A DNA stretch of 63,937 bases, counting the filler, from Caldilineae bacterium (GTDB lineage Bacteria; Chloroflexota; Anaerolineae; DTLA01): assembly GCA_037446815.1 (NCBI GenBank). It is 13 parts of 13 records of this genome, joined end to end, with 100 filler letters (N's around TTAATTAATTAA, not from the genome) between each part and the next. Parts side by side here need not be neighbours in the genome. Positions count along the whole stretch, not along the records: positions 1 to 5,365 come from JBBIHX010000191.1; positions 5,466 to 10,805 come from JBBIHX010000192.1; 11 more parts are not named here. The stretch is one strand, 5' to 3'. Positions within the stretch are counted from its first letter, which is position 1. Each line of letters begins with the position of its first letter. Under the pieces are notes generated by a model. The model was not told the DNA's origin. It made no database searches and saw only the letters and a program-made list of their open reading frames with translations. The position numbers were made by a program, and so were the translations under genes. This document shows, piece after piece, positions 1 to 9,554 of this stretch.

Positions 1-63
1 TCTGAGGCGCGAAGCGCCGAAGAATCTCCCATCCTATTCGTGTAGATTCGTGTTATTCGTGGA
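1..63. repeat. REP-like hairpin end plus ~10-bp ATTCGTG tandem repeats
   Basis: TCTGAGGCGCGAAGCGCCGAAGAATCTC matches the GTCATTCTGAG...GAAGAATCTC family seen throughout the window; followed by ATTCGTG x3. Confidence 0.7.
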
Positions 64-71
64 CAAAGCCC

Positions 72-635
72 TCACCGCCTCTGCCGCGCCGCGCCCGCCC
101 CCAACGGCGCGCCGCAGGCCCAGCAGAACTTGGCCCCGGCGAGCGCCATCTGCCCGCACCGCCCACACACCACATACAGCGCCGCCCCGCACCCCTCGCA
201 GAACCGGGCCCCCGCGCGAGCCTCTCGCCCGCAAACCGCGCAGCGGACGGGAGCCGTCTCCGCCGCAGGCCCTCCCACCAGCCGCTCCAGATCCCGCTTC
301 ATGTCCGCACCCAGAGCCGCCAGAGTATCCTTCGTCTCCTCCACCTTATCCTTCAGAGCGGCCTGCCCTCGGTTCACCGTGCTCTCCACAAGACTCTTGT
401 CGGTGAGCGCCTTGACGACGCGCCGCACCGCCACGACGGCAACAATGAGAATCAGGCAGATGACCAACTGGGGCAGGAGCGACACCGCCATCACCGGCCC
501 CACGCGCCACATCTGGTAGCCGGTGAGGGCGGCCAGCAGCAGAAGGAGCAGGATGAGCAGCCCGGCCCAGTGCCGCAAGAAGAATCGCAGGATGCCCGTT
601 CGGATTCTCCCCATGAGGCGTTTCATCGGCATCAC
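72..635 (-). CDS. Membrane protein with C-terminal double zinc ribbon
   Basis: Two N-terminal hydrophobic segments; four CxxC pairs (CAVC, CEGC, CGRC, CWAC). Confidence 0.75.
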   Translation of the reverse strand: MMPMKRLMGRIRTGILRFFLRHWAGLLILLLLLLAALTGYQMWRVGPVMAVSLLPQLVICLILIVAVVAVRRVVKALTDKSLVESTVNRGQAALKDKVEETKDTLAALGADMKRDLERLVGGPAAETAPVRCAVCGREARAGARFCEGCGAALYVVCGRCGQMALAGAKFCWACGAPLGAGAARQRR

Positions 636-762
636 CCCCTGGCCCGCGCGCCGTCGGCAGCGAGCACCCGCGCACGGGCATTTGTCGCCGAGATACTACC
701 GCAGGCGACTGACGGAGGGCTGACGCACCCCGCGCGGCTCCGAGGTGCAGGCGAGGGGTAAC

Positions 763-1632
763 CTATGCCGACGGCCCCGCCCGACGTCCCGTGAGCACGC
801 CCCGGCCGGGCGCGAACAGCACCGCCAGCACGAAGAACGCCGAGGAGACCAGCACAATCGCCGCGCCCGACGCGATGCCGGCGTAGTAGGAGAGGTACAG
901 GCCGGCGACCCCCGCCGCGGCCCCAAGCAGTGCGGCCAGGCCCATCATCACGGGCAGCCTTTGCGTCAGGAGATACGCCGTCGCCGCCGGCGTAACCAGC
1001 ATCGCCACCATCAGCGCGATCCCAACCGTTTGGAGCGACACCACAATGGTGATCGCGATGAGCGCCAGCAGCAGGTAATGGAGCAACGAAGAGGGAATGC
1101 GCAGCGTGGCCGCCAGTACGGGGTCAAACGAAATCACGAGGAATTCCTTGTACAGCGCCACGATCGTCAGGATGACCAACCCGCCGAACCCTGCCGTCAG
1201 CGCCAGGTCGCCCGCCGACACGCCCAGCACGTCGCCGAACAGGAAGTGCGCCAAATCCACGGCGTAACTCTGCGTCCGCGAGATGAGGGCGATGCCGAGC
1301 GCGAACATGGCGGCGAAGATGATGCCGATAGCGGTATCCTCCTTCACCTTCGTCTCGCGGCCGATGGCGCCGATGCCCAGCGCCGTCAGGATGGCCGTGC
1401 CCAGCGCCCACCAGAACAGCGCCCCCCGCGCGCTCCCGCTCACCAGATACCCCACCGCCACGCCCGGCAGGATGGCGTGGGCCAGCGCGTCGCCAAAGAA
1501 CGCCATGCCGCGCAAGACTACGTAGGTGCCCACCGTCGCGCATACGATGCCCACCATGATCGCCGCCGCCAGGCCCCGCAGCATGAACCCGTACTGCAGG
1601 GGCGCTACAATCGCATCAACCAGTCCGTTCAT
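763..1632 (-). CDS. Zn/Mn ABC transporter permease (ZnuB/MntB family)
   Basis: GDALAHAILPG, KEDTAIG, HFLFGDVL and MLVTPAATA motifs; start placed at MNGL, overlapping the ATPase stop. Confidence 0.93.
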   Translation of the reverse strand: MNGLVDAIVAPLQYGFMLRGLAAAIMVGIVCATVGTYVVLRGMAFFGDALAHAILPGVAVGYLVSGSARGALFWWALGTAILTALGIGAIGRETKVKEDTAIGIIFAAMFALGIALISRTQSYAVDLAHFLFGDVLGVSAGDLALTAGFGGLVILTIVALYKEFLVISFDPVLAATLRIPSSLLHYLLLALIAITIVVSLQTVGIALMVAMLVTPAATAYLLTQRLPVMMGLAALLGAAAGVAGLYLSYYAGIASGAAIVLVSSAFFVLAVLFAPGRGVLTGRRAGPSA

Positions 1633-2456
1633 CCCCGATCCCCTCCGCAGCACGTGTCGCTCAGCACCATGATGCCATTCTCGGTCTCCACAAAGCGCAG
1701 GTTCTCGCCGTAGGCTTCGCGCAGACGGCCCGGCGCGAAGACTTCCGCCGCCGCCCCGAAACCGAACAGGCGCTTGTTCAACAGCATGACCCGATCAAAC
1801 CGCGCCGCCGCCATGTTCAGGTCGTGCGTCGCAACCATGACGGTAACCCGCTGGGAGCGGAGCGTCTCCAGAATGTGAAAGATGCTCTCTTGCGAGGCGA
1901 CATCCAGCCCGGTCAGCGGCTCGTCCATGAGCAGAAGTTCCGCCTCCTGGGCCAGCGCCCGCGCGATGAACATCCGCTGCTGTTGGCCACCCGACAGTTC
2001 GCCAATCTGGCGGTCGGCCAGGTCCGACAGGCCCACGATGTCCAGGCACCGCCGCACCAGCGCGCGGTCCTGGCGGCTAGGGTGGCGCAAGAGCCCCATC
2101 TTCCCAATGCGGCCCATCAGCACCACGTCGGCCACCGTAACCGGGAAGTTCCAGTCCACCTCGCTCCGCTGGGGGACATAGGCGATACAGATGTGCCCGC
2201 AGGGGCCATGCCCTGCCACGCGAACCTCGCCACTCGCAGGCTCCAGCACCCCGGCGATGACCTTGAACAGCGTGCTCTTGCCCGCTCCGTTGGGCCCCAC
2301 CACGGCCACCCGTTCCCCTTTGGTCAGGCGAAAAGACACGTCGTCCAAGGCCACTCGGCCGTTGTAGCGCACCGACACGTTCACGAGTTCCAGAATAGGC
2401 GCGTCGGCCACGTGTACGGCGTGCCTGCGCCCGAAAGGCGTTCGCATCTCGCTCAT
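1629..2456 (-). CDS. Zn/Mn ABC transporter ATP-binding protein
   Basis: Walker A GPNGAGKST, YVPQR, LSGGQQQR, LLMDEP, THDL. Confidence 0.95.
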   Translation of the reverse strand: MSEMRTPFGRRHAVHVADAPILELVNVSVRYNGRVALDDVSFRLTKGERVAVVGPNGAGKSTLFKVIAGVLEPASGEVRVAGHGPCGHICIAYVPQRSEVDWNFPVTVADVVLMGRIGKMGLLRHPSRQDRALVRRCLDIVGLSDLADRQIGELSGGQQQRMFIARALAQEAELLLMDEPLTGLDVASQESIFHILETLRSQRVTVMVATHDLNMAAARFDRVMLLNKRLFGFGAAAEVFAPGRLREAYGENLRFVETENGIMVLSDTCCGGDRG

Positions 2457-4246
2457 AGGCGATGTCCTCCTTGTCGCTGGCGATCCCTCTCGGCGAGCCC
2501 TGCCACGCCGCGCTCGGCCAGCGGGCGGATCTGCTGCTCGTAGAGGACGGCGTATCGCCCGCCCAGCGCCAGCAACTCCCCATGCGTCCCCCGCTCCACG
2601 ATTCGCCCCCGCTCCACCACCAGAATCTGGTGGGCCCGCATGACGGTGCTGAGGCGCTGGGCAATGACAAACGTCGTGCGCCCGACCATCAGGTGCGCCA
2701 GCGCCTCCTGAATCAGCCGCTCGGTCTCGGTGTCCACGCTGGATGTGGAGTCGTCCAGCAGCAAGATGCGCGGGTCCATCAGCAGGGCGCGGGCGATGGC
2801 CACCCGTTGCCGCTGGCCGCCCGACAGGGTGATGCCCCGCTCTCCCACCAGGGTATCGTACCCATTGGGGAACTGCATGATGAACTCGTGGGCGTGGGCG
2901 GCCTTCGCCGCGCCGATAATCTCATCCTCCGTGGCATCCTCGCGCCCATAGGCGATGTTCTCGCGGATGCTGGCCGAGAACAAGAACGTGTCCTGCAGCA
3001 CGATGCCAATTTGCCGCCGAAGCGAGCGCAGCGTAACGTCGCGGATGTCGTACCCGTCCACGAGAATTTGCCCGCGCGTAACGTCGTAGAAGCGCGGAAT
3101 GAGGTGGATAATGGTGCTCTTGCCCGAGCCGGTCCCTCCGACCAGCGCCGTAATCTGCCCGGGCTCCGCCACGAACGAGACGCCCTCCAGCGTCGGCTCG
3201 TCGCGGTACGCGAACCCCACATCGCGAAACTCCACCCGCCCGGCGAGCGGGGGAAGGTCAACGGCGTGCGGCTTCTCCCGCACGGGCGAGGGCGTGTCCA
3301 GAATCTCAAAAATGCGGCGCCCCGACGCGACGGCATCGGCCGCCATGTCCACCAGCCACCCCATACGCTGGACGGGCGCGGCGAGCATCCCCAGGTAACT
3401 GTTGAACGCCACCAGCGTGCCCACGGTCAGTTGGCCAGCGTTGACCAGGTTGCCGCCGTACCACAGGATAATCGCGGTGCTCACGCTGATAATGAACGTC
3501 ATCATGGGGAAGTTGAAACTCCATTCCCGCACCGTGGCGAGCCTGCGCCGCATCAACTCCACATTGGCGTCGCGGAACCGCTGAATCTCGTAGGGTTCGC
3601 GTGCAAAGGCCTGCACGACCTGGATGCCCGAGAGATTCTCCTGCAGAATCGTGGTCATCGCGGCGTGCTGCTCCTGAACCCGCTGGAACAAGGGGCCGAT
3701 GCGCCGCCCAAAGCGCACCGTTACAAACGCCAGGACGGGAATCGGGGCCAGGGCCGCCGCGGCCAGCCCGGCATGAATGCCGAACAGGATCACCAGCGCC
3801 GCCACCAACAGCAAGGCGATGTTCACGAACTCGGCCACCCCCGTGCCTGCCAGCGCCTCCACAGACGACACGTCCGACGTGCACCGCGACATCAACTCCC
3901 CCGTGTGGGTATGGTCGTGAAACGCGAAGGACAGGTTCTGGATATGATCGTACAGGCGGTTGCGCAGGTCGTAGGCCACGCGGTGCGCGAGCCAGGCGCT
4001 CAGGTACCGCTGGCCAAACGAGAACACAGCGCGCACCAAGCCCAGCCCCAGCAGTCCCCCGGCCAACACCATCAGCGTGCTGGGCGCGCCCTGGGCCAGC
4101 CCGAGGTCCACCGCCTGCTTGACGAACCACGGGACAACCAGGCCCAGCGCCGTTACTCCCAGCAGGCAGAGGTAGCCCAGCGCCACACGCGGCGCGTAAG
4201 GGCGAAGATAGGCCAGCAATCGCCACAGGGTCCGCAGGGATGACAC
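2453..4246 (-). CDS. ABC exporter, fused permease/ATP-binding (MsbA/MdlA-like)
   Basis: N-terminal transmembrane domain; GGTGSGKST, LSGGQRQR, LLLDDSTSSVD. Confidence 0.95.
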   Translation of the reverse strand: MSSLRTLWRLLAYLRPYAPRVALGYLCLLGVTALGLVVPWFVKQAVDLGLAQGAPSTLMVLAGGLLGLGLVRAVFSFGQRYLSAWLAHRVAYDLRNRLYDHIQNLSFAFHDHTHTGELMSRCTSDVSSVEALAGTGVAEFVNIALLLVAALVILFGIHAGLAAAALAPIPVLAFVTVRFGRRIGPLFQRVQEQHAAMTTILQENLSGIQVVQAFAREPYEIQRFRDANVELMRRRLATVREWSFNFPMMTFIISVSTAIILWYGGNLVNAGQLTVGTLVAFNSYLGMLAAPVQRMGWLVDMAADAVASGRRIFEILDTPSPVREKPHAVDLPPLAGRVEFRDVGFAYRDEPTLEGVSFVAEPGQITALVGGTGSGKSTIIHLIPRFYDVTRGQILVDGYDIRDVTLRSLRRQIGIVLQDTFLFSASIRENIAYGREDATEDEIIGAAKAAHAHEFIMQFPNGYDTLVGERGITLSGGQRQRVAIARALLMDPRILLLDDSTSSVDTETERLIQEALAHLMVGRTTFVIAQRLSTVMRAHQILVVERGRIVERGTHGELLALGGRYAVLYEQQIRPLAERGVAGLAERDRQRQGGHRL

Positions 4247-4254
4247 CGCGCACC

Positions 4255-4857
4255 TCAGTCCGAATCACGCGCAGCGGGCGGGGAGACCAGGCCGCGCTCG
4301 GCCAGATGCCGCAGGCCCAGCCCGATGCCCGCCACCGAGGACATGGAACGGATGACACCGTCTGCGATCAACGCCCACAGGTCGCCCGGCGACACGTGAT
4401 GCACGCGCAGGTCCTCCGTCGCGTCCAGGTGCTGGGCCGTAGTCTGGCGCGCGCCCACGGCCAGGTAGAAGTGCACGCGATTCGCCGAGCGGTTGGGGTC
4501 GGGGTGCAGCGACGCCAGATGCGTCCAGTCATCGGCCGAATATCCCGTCTCCTCGGCCAGTTCGCGCTGGGCCGCGTGGAGCAGCGACGCATCCTCAGCG
4601 TCCACGTACCCCGCCGGCAGGTCCCACAGCGCCCGCCCGCACCCGTGCTTGTACTGCTCCACCAGAATGACCCTGCCCTCGGCAGACAGCGGGAACACCA
4701 TGACCACGTCTCGCCCCTCCGCCAGCAGGTACTCCTCAATGATGTGGCCATTGGGCAACAGGCAGCGTTGCGCCGTGATCGTGAGCCACGGCGGGCGCTC
4801 CAGCACGATTTGGGAGTTCAACACTGTCCAGGATTTCACGGTTTGGACGACCTCCAT
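4255..4857 (-). CDS. NUDIX hydrolase (ADP-ribose pyrophosphatase-like)
   Basis: Nudix box PAGYVD...AAQRELAEETGY. Confidence 0.9.
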   Translation of the reverse strand: MEVVQTVKSWTVLNSQIVLERPPWLTITAQRCLLPNGHIIEEYLLAEGRDVVMVFPLSAEGRVILVEQYKHGCGRALWDLPAGYVDAEDASLLHAAQRELAEETGYSADDWTHLASLHPDPNRSANRVHFYLAVGARQTTAQHLDATEDLRVHHVSPGDLWALIADGVIRSMSSVAGIGLGLRHLAERGLVSPPAARDSD

Positions 4858-4923
4858 CTGATGCGGATGAGGACAAGGCGGGCCGGGGATTGCGCCCCCG
4901 CCCTTCCGCGCCTGGGCGCAAGG

Positions 4924-5232
4924 CTATGGCGCCGGGCTGGCGGGCAGAGTGAATGGGGCCGTCTTGGAATCGGCTTCCTCCTCGCCTTTCAGGAGCCGCG
5001 CGGTTACCACCCCGTCGGCCCCGGGCGAGGGAGTCCCGCGCAGGTGCAGCGTTACGTCCATGCGCGGCTCGTTCAATTCCACAACGAGCATCTGCGCCCA
5101 GAAGTCGCCCGCCGCCGAGCGCAGCGTCAGTTCCACGTTGACCGGGCCTTGGCCGTCCCAAAGAAACGAGACCATGACCCGCTTGCCGTCCGGCCACGGC
5201 TGGGCCAGCAACTCCCGAAACGCAGGCGACAC
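4924..5232 (-). CDS. Hypothetical protein
   Basis: GTG start with GGGAGG RBS, downstream of a sigma70-like promoter; no recognised motif. Confidence 0.55.
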   Translation of the reverse strand: MSPAFRELLAQPWPDGKRVMVSFLWDGQGPVNVELTLRSAAGDFWAQMLVVELNEPRMDVTLHLRGTPSPGADGVVTARLLKGEEEADSKTAPFTLPASPAP

Positions 5233-5264
5233 CCCGACCTCCCGATTGGTGAATGTGTATGGGG

Positions 5265-5294
5265 ATTATACGCCGCAAGCATGCCGTCGGGCAA
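5265..5294 (-). promoter_or_regulatory. Sigma70-like promoter TTGCCC-18-TATAAT
   Basis: Read on the minus strand; the -35 box begins 16 bp from the MITE end at 5311. Confidence 0.65.
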
Positions 5295-5310
5295 ACCGCC
5301 CGCCCACCGG

Positions 5311-5365
5311 GAGTCGGTTTCATCTTGTGTTGGTGAAACGCATGGACACTCTCCTCGTGTGTCGT
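5311..5365. mobile_element. 150-bp MITE, partial (contig end)
   Basis: GAGTCGGTTTCATCTTGTGTTGGTGAA matches the terminus of the full copy at 37415. Confidence 0.85.
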
Positions 5366-5465
5366 NNNNNNNNNNNNNNNNNNNNNNNNNNNNNNNNNNN
5401 NNNNNNNNNTTAATTAATTAANNNNNNNNNNNNNNNNNNNNNNNNNNNNNNNNNNNNNNNNNNNN
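5366..5465. other. Artificial contig linker (N/TTAATTAATTAA/N); others at 10806, 16136, 21418, 26637, 31826, 37004, 41963, 46689, 51359, 55993, 60609
   Basis: Identical 100-bp spacers with stops in all six frames; complete contigs decrease steadily in length. Confidence 0.98.
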
Positions 5466-5519
5466 CAGGGCCGCCTCGCACCCCGCATGTCCCGCACCCA
5501 CTACGATGACGTCGTACAT
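5466..5519 (-). CDS. mnmG: tRNA uridine modification enzyme MnmG/GidA, N-terminal fragment (contig end)
   Basis: MYDVIVVGAGHAGCEAAL is the characteristic GidA N-terminus. Confidence 0.85.
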
Positions 5520-5745
5520 CGCATACCCTTCACGCGCTACACAGGCCGCAACGGAACCTGCGGCCGTCCGTAGTATAGACATCTTCCGCCGCGGGGCAAA
5601 CTCCCCGCGCGTCCTTGCGAGCGAGGCGACCTTGTAGGATTGCATCCACGAATAGCACGAATCTGCACGAATAGGCGCAAAATTCCGAGGCGTGAGCGCC
5701 GAGGAATGATAGGGCAGCAACCGCGATTGGACGCGAAAGGGTTAC

Positions 5746-5774
5746 GTGCGACCCACCTCGGAGGTGCGTCGCAC
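5746..5774. repeat. GTGCGACGCAC...GTGCGTCGCAC palindrome family; also 21750-21778, 31781-31810, 32128-32159, 41840-41868, 51601-51629
   Basis: Near-identical ~29-bp hairpins in six intergenic regions. Confidence 0.85.
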
Positions 5775-5863
5775 GTTGTCCTCATCCGCCCTTGCGAGCG
5801 AAGCAAATCTATTGAAGGCGGAGGCATCCCCGCCGCACCTGTACGGGCGACCAGCCGGTCGCC

Positions 5864-6013
5864 GACACGGTTCCAGAGTCTGTTGGTGGCTGTCATTGCG
5901 AGGGCGCGGAGCGCCCGAAGCAATCCCCGGGGCGTGCGATTGCTTCGCTTCGCTCGCAATGACACGCGAGGAGAGTGTGTCTGCGTTTCACCAACACAGT
6001 TTGGAACCGACTC
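5864..6013. mobile_element. 150-bp MITE copy A, 8-bp TSD CGGTCGCC
   Basis: TIRs GACACGGTTCCA...TGGAACCGACTC; direct repeat at 5856-5863 and 6014-6021. Confidence 0.92.
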
Positions 6014-6028
6014 CGGTCGCCTGTACAC

Positions 6029-6057
6029 TTGATTCCCCGCGCAACATGCCGTACAAT
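6029..6057 (+). promoter_or_regulatory. Sigma70-like promoter TTGATT-17-TACAAT
   Basis: Upstream of the amidase gene; -35 box is 15 bp from the MITE end. Confidence 0.7.
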
Positions 6058-6106
6058 AGGCGCGTGCCCCATCCGTGTCCAGAAAATCAGCACAGGAGGC
6101 AGCGCG

Positions 6107-7810
6107 ATGGCAAAGGAAACCCAACCCGAAACGGCATACGACCTGCAGTCGGTGAAACTCCCCTACCTGACCGGTTTCCCCCTGCGCCTGATGGCCGCGC
6201 TTCTGGAGGGTCCCCTGCGCTCCCTGCTCATGCCGACCCTGCTCCAGAGCGCGGGCCTGACCGAGTTCCGCAAGCGGCGCTTTGACGACCCGCCGACGCT
6301 CCTGCCCATCCACCACGCCGCGACGCCGGCCCGTTCGGGCGAGCGCGTGCCCGAATCTCAGTGGCCCGCGCCGCCCGCCGAGCCTGGGCCCGGCTTCCGC
6401 TTCGCCACGGTCCACGACTACGCCCGCGCCTACCGCGAGGGCCGCGCCGACCCAGAAACCGTCGCCCGCCGCGTCCTGGATGCCATCCGTGCGGGCGACG
6501 CCGCCGACCCGCCCCTGCGCGCCATCATCGCCGTGGACGAGAAGGACGTGTTGCGCCAGGCTCGCGAGTCGGCCGAGCGCATCCGCAATGGCACGGCGCG
6601 CAGCGTCTTTGAGGGCGTGCCCGTCGCCGTGAAGGACGAGATGGACCTGGTCCCGTATCCAACGACCGTGGGCACGTCATTCCTGGGAACGGCGCCGGCG
6701 CGGGAGGACTGCACGGCGGCGGCGCGCATGAGGGCGGCGGGCGCGCTCCTTATCGGCAAGGCCAACATGCACGAGATCGGCATCGGCGTAACCGGCCTCA
6801 ACCCTCACCACGGCACGCCGCGCAACCCGTACAACCCAGGGCATTACACCGGCGGGAGTTCCAGCGGGCCGGGAGCGGCGGTGGCGGCGGGGTTGTGCCC
6901 CGTGGCCATCGGCGCCGATGGCGGCGGCTCCATCCGCATCCCGTCGTCCTTCTGCGGCCTGGTGGGCATCAAATCCACCTTCGGGCGCGTCAGCGAGTTC
7001 GGCGCCGCGCCGCTGTGCTGGAGCGTGGCCCACATCGGCCCGCTGGCGGCCACGGCCACCGACGCGGCGCTGGCCTGGGCGGTCATCGCCGGCCCCGACG
7101 CCCGCGACCCCAACTCGCTGCACCAGCCCGCGCCGTCATTGGAGGGGTGGGACAAGACCGACCTGCGCGGCCTGACGCTGGGCGTCTTCTGGCCGTGGTT
7201 TCGCCACGCCCAAGCCGAGGTCGTCGCCGCGTGCGAGGCGCTGCTGGAGCAGTTCGTGCGGATGGGCGCCCAGGTGCGCGAGGTCGTCATCCCGGACCTG
7301 GAGGCGGAGCGCGTGGCCCACACCATCACCATCGCCGGCGAGATGACCCAGGCGCTGGCCCACACCTACGCCGCCCATCACCGCGAGCATGGGCTGGACG
7401 TGCGCATCAACCTGGCGTTAGCGCGGCAGTTCACCGCCCGCGACTACATCCAGGCCCAGCAGGTGCGCACGCGGCTCATGGCGCACTTCGCCCGCGCCCT
7501 GGCCGAGGCCGATGTCATCGTTACGCCGGCCACGGCCATCCCGGCGCCGCCGATTCCCCCTGCCGCCCTTGCCGGGGGCGAGTCGGACCTGACCACGCTC
7601 ATGGAGATAATGCGATTCGCGCCGCCTGCCAACATGACCGGCCTGCCCGCCATCTCGTTCCCGGCCGGGTACACCCAGGCGGGCCTGCCCGTCGGGTTCC
7701 AGGCCATCGGCCGCCCGTGGGACGAGGCCACGCTCTTGCGGCTGGCCCTGGCCGCGGAGCGGGTGGTGGAGCGCCGCAAGCCGCAGGTGCACTTTGACCT
7801 GCTGGGCTAG
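6107..7810 (+). CDS. Amidase signature family protein (fatty-acid amide hydrolase-like)
   Basis: GVPVAVKD, GGSSSG and GADGGGSIRIP catalytic motifs; AGGAGG RBS. Confidence 0.92.
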   Translation: MAKETQPETAYDLQSVKLPYLTGFPLRLMAALLEGPLRSLLMPTLLQSAGLTEFRKRRFDDPPTLLPIHHAATPARSGERVPESQWPAPPAEPGPGFRFATVHDYARAYREGRADPETVARRVLDAIRAGDAADPPLRAIIAVDEKDVLRQARESAERIRNGTARSVFEGVPVAVKDEMDLVPYPTTVGTSFLGTAPAREDCTAAARMRAAGALLIGKANMHEIGIGVTGLNPHHGTPRNPYNPGHYTGGSSSGPGAAVAAGLCPVAIGADGGGSIRIPSSFCGLVGIKSTFGRVSEFGAAPLCWSVAHIGPLAATATDAALAWAVIAGPDARDPNSLHQPAPSLEGWDKTDLRGLTLGVFWPWFRHAQAEVVAACEALLEQFVRMGAQVREVVIPDLEAERVAHTITIAGEMTQALAHTYAAHHREHGLDVRINLALARQFTARDYIQAQQVRTRLMAHFARALAEADVIVTPATAIPAPPIPPAALAGGESDLTTLMEIMRFAPPANMTGLPAISFPAGYTQAGLPVGFQAIGRPWDEATLLRLALAAERVVERRKPQVHFDLLG

Positions 7811-7829
7811 GTGCGCGAGGTCCTGAACG

Positions 7830-9458
7830 ATGACGCGCCCGGAGATGCCAATGGCTGCACACCCGAAGACCTTCCCATCCCGCCGCTCGCCGGTGCTGGC
7901 CACGCGGGGCATGGTGGCCACCAGCCACCCCCTGGCCGCGCTGGAGGGCCTGCGCGTGCTCATGGCCGGGGGCAACGCCGCCGACGCCGCCGTTACCGTC
8001 GCTGCCATGCTAGGCGTCGTGGAGCCGATGTCCACCGGCGTGGGCGGCGACTGTTTCGCGCTGGTGTACTGGAACGCGCGACCCGGCGGGGTCTTCGCCC
8101 TGAACGGCAGCGGGCGGTCGCCTGCCGCATTCACCCTGGACGAAGCCCGGCGCCTGGGATTGCGCTCCATCCCCGCCGACAGCGCCCTGGCCGTAACCGT
8201 GCCCGGGGCCGTGCGCGGCTGGGAGGCGCTCCTTGCGCGCTTCGGCACCATGACCCTGGCCGAATGCCTGGCCCCCGCCATCCGCGCCGCCGAGCAGGGG
8301 TTCGCCGTAACGCCCGTCATCGCCCGCGACTGGCGCAACGCCGCGCGCAAACTGGCCCGCAACGCCGAGGCGGCCCGCGTGTACCTGCCCGCGCCGCGCG
8401 CCGGCGAGATTCACCGCCAGCCCGATTTGGCCCGCACGCTCCGCGCCATCGCCGAGGGCGGCGCCGACGCCTTCTACCGCGGCCCCACCGCCCGCTCCAT
8501 CGCCGCCTGCGTCCAGGCGCGTGGCGGCTACATGACCGCGGAGGACCTGGCCGCCCACACGGTGGACTGGGGCGAGCCGATTCGCGCCACCTATCGCGGC
8601 GTGGAGGTGCTGGAACACCCGCCCAACGGCCAGGGCCTGGCGGCGCTGGTGGCGCTGAACATCCTGGAGGGCTACGGCATCGGCGACATGGGCTACTGGG
8701 ACGCAGCCCGCTGGCACTGCCTGATAGAGGCAACGCGCCTGGGCCTGGCCGAGGCACTGGCCCACGTTGCCGACCCTGCCTTCGCCGACGTGCCGGTAGC
8801 GCGCCTCTTGTCGCGAGAACATGCCGACGCCCTGCGCGCCCGCATCCGCCCCGACGCCGCGCTGGATTTGTCCGCCCCGACCGTCCCGCCTTCCCGCGAC
8901 ACGGTTTACATCAGCGTCGTGGACGGCGCGGGCAACGCCGTGTCGTTCATCAACAGCCTGTTCCATCCTTTCGGGGCGGGCATCGTGGTGCCGGGAACGG
9001 GCATCTGCCTGCACTGTCGCGGCGCGGCGTTTCGCCTGGACGAGGCGCACCCGAACGCGCTGGCGGGCGGCAAGCGCCCATATCACACCATTATCCCCGC
9101 GCTGGCGCTGCGCGACGGGCGGCTGTGGCTTTGCTTCGGCGTCATGGGCGCCTTCATGCAGCCGCAGGGCCACGTGCAGGCGCTGGTGAACATGGTGGAT
9201 TTCGGGCTGGACCCGCAGGCCGCGCTGGACGCCCCGCGCTTCCGCGTGGATGAGCAGGGGAGCCGCCGCGTGGCCGTGGAGACGACCGCGCCGCTCAGCC
9301 TGCGCAAGGCGCTGGCCGCGCTGGGGCATGACGTGCGCCCCGAGTCGCCCTGGGATGGGGCGTTCGGCGGCGGGCAGGTCATCGCCGTGCACCCCGAGAC
9401 CGGCGCGCTGTGGGGCGGGTCGGACCCGCGCAAGGACGGCTGCGCCGTGGGATTCTGA
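7830..9458 (+). CDS. ggt: Gamma-glutamyltransferase family protein
   Basis: GGNAADAA, EPMSTGVGGD, catalytic DTVYISVVD, QPQGH, GGSDPRKDG. Confidence 0.93.
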   Translation: MTRPEMPMAAHPKTFPSRRSPVLATRGMVATSHPLAALEGLRVLMAGGNAADAAVTVAAMLGVVEPMSTGVGGDCFALVYWNARPGGVFALNGSGRSPAAFTLDEARRLGLRSIPADSALAVTVPGAVRGWEALLARFGTMTLAECLAPAIRAAEQGFAVTPVIARDWRNAARKLARNAEAARVYLPAPRAGEIHRQPDLARTLRAIAEGGADAFYRGPTARSIAACVQARGGYMTAEDLAAHTVDWGEPIRATYRGVEVLEHPPNGQGLAALVALNILEGYGIGDMGYWDAARWHCLIEATRLGLAEALAHVADPAFADVPVARLLSREHADALRARIRPDAALDLSAPTVPPSRDTVYISVVDGAGNAVSFINSLFHPFGAGIVVPGTGICLHCRGAAFRLDEAHPNALAGGKRPYHTIIPALALRDGRLWLCFGVMGAFMQPQGHVQALVNMVDFGLDPQAALDAPRFRVDEQGSRRVAVETTAPLSLRKALAALGHDVRPESPWDGAFGGGQVIAVHPETGALWGGSDPRKDGCAVGF

Positions 9459-9467
9459 GGCTGGGGT

Positions 9468-9534
9468 TCACCGCAGGGGCACGGAGAGCAGGGATCAGCA
9501 TCTCCTCTGCGTCCTCCGATGCTCTACGGTGAAA
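9468..9534. repeat. Imperfect inverted repeat TTCACCGCAG...CTACGGTGAA; related sequence at ~63670-63765
   Basis: Self-complementary intergenic segment. Confidence 0.55.
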
Positions 9535-9554
9535 CTCACACGGAGACGTTACGC

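Noticed and set aside
5366..5465. Regularly recurring TTAATTAATTAA motifs
   Set aside because: Artificial contig linkers inside N runs, not biological.
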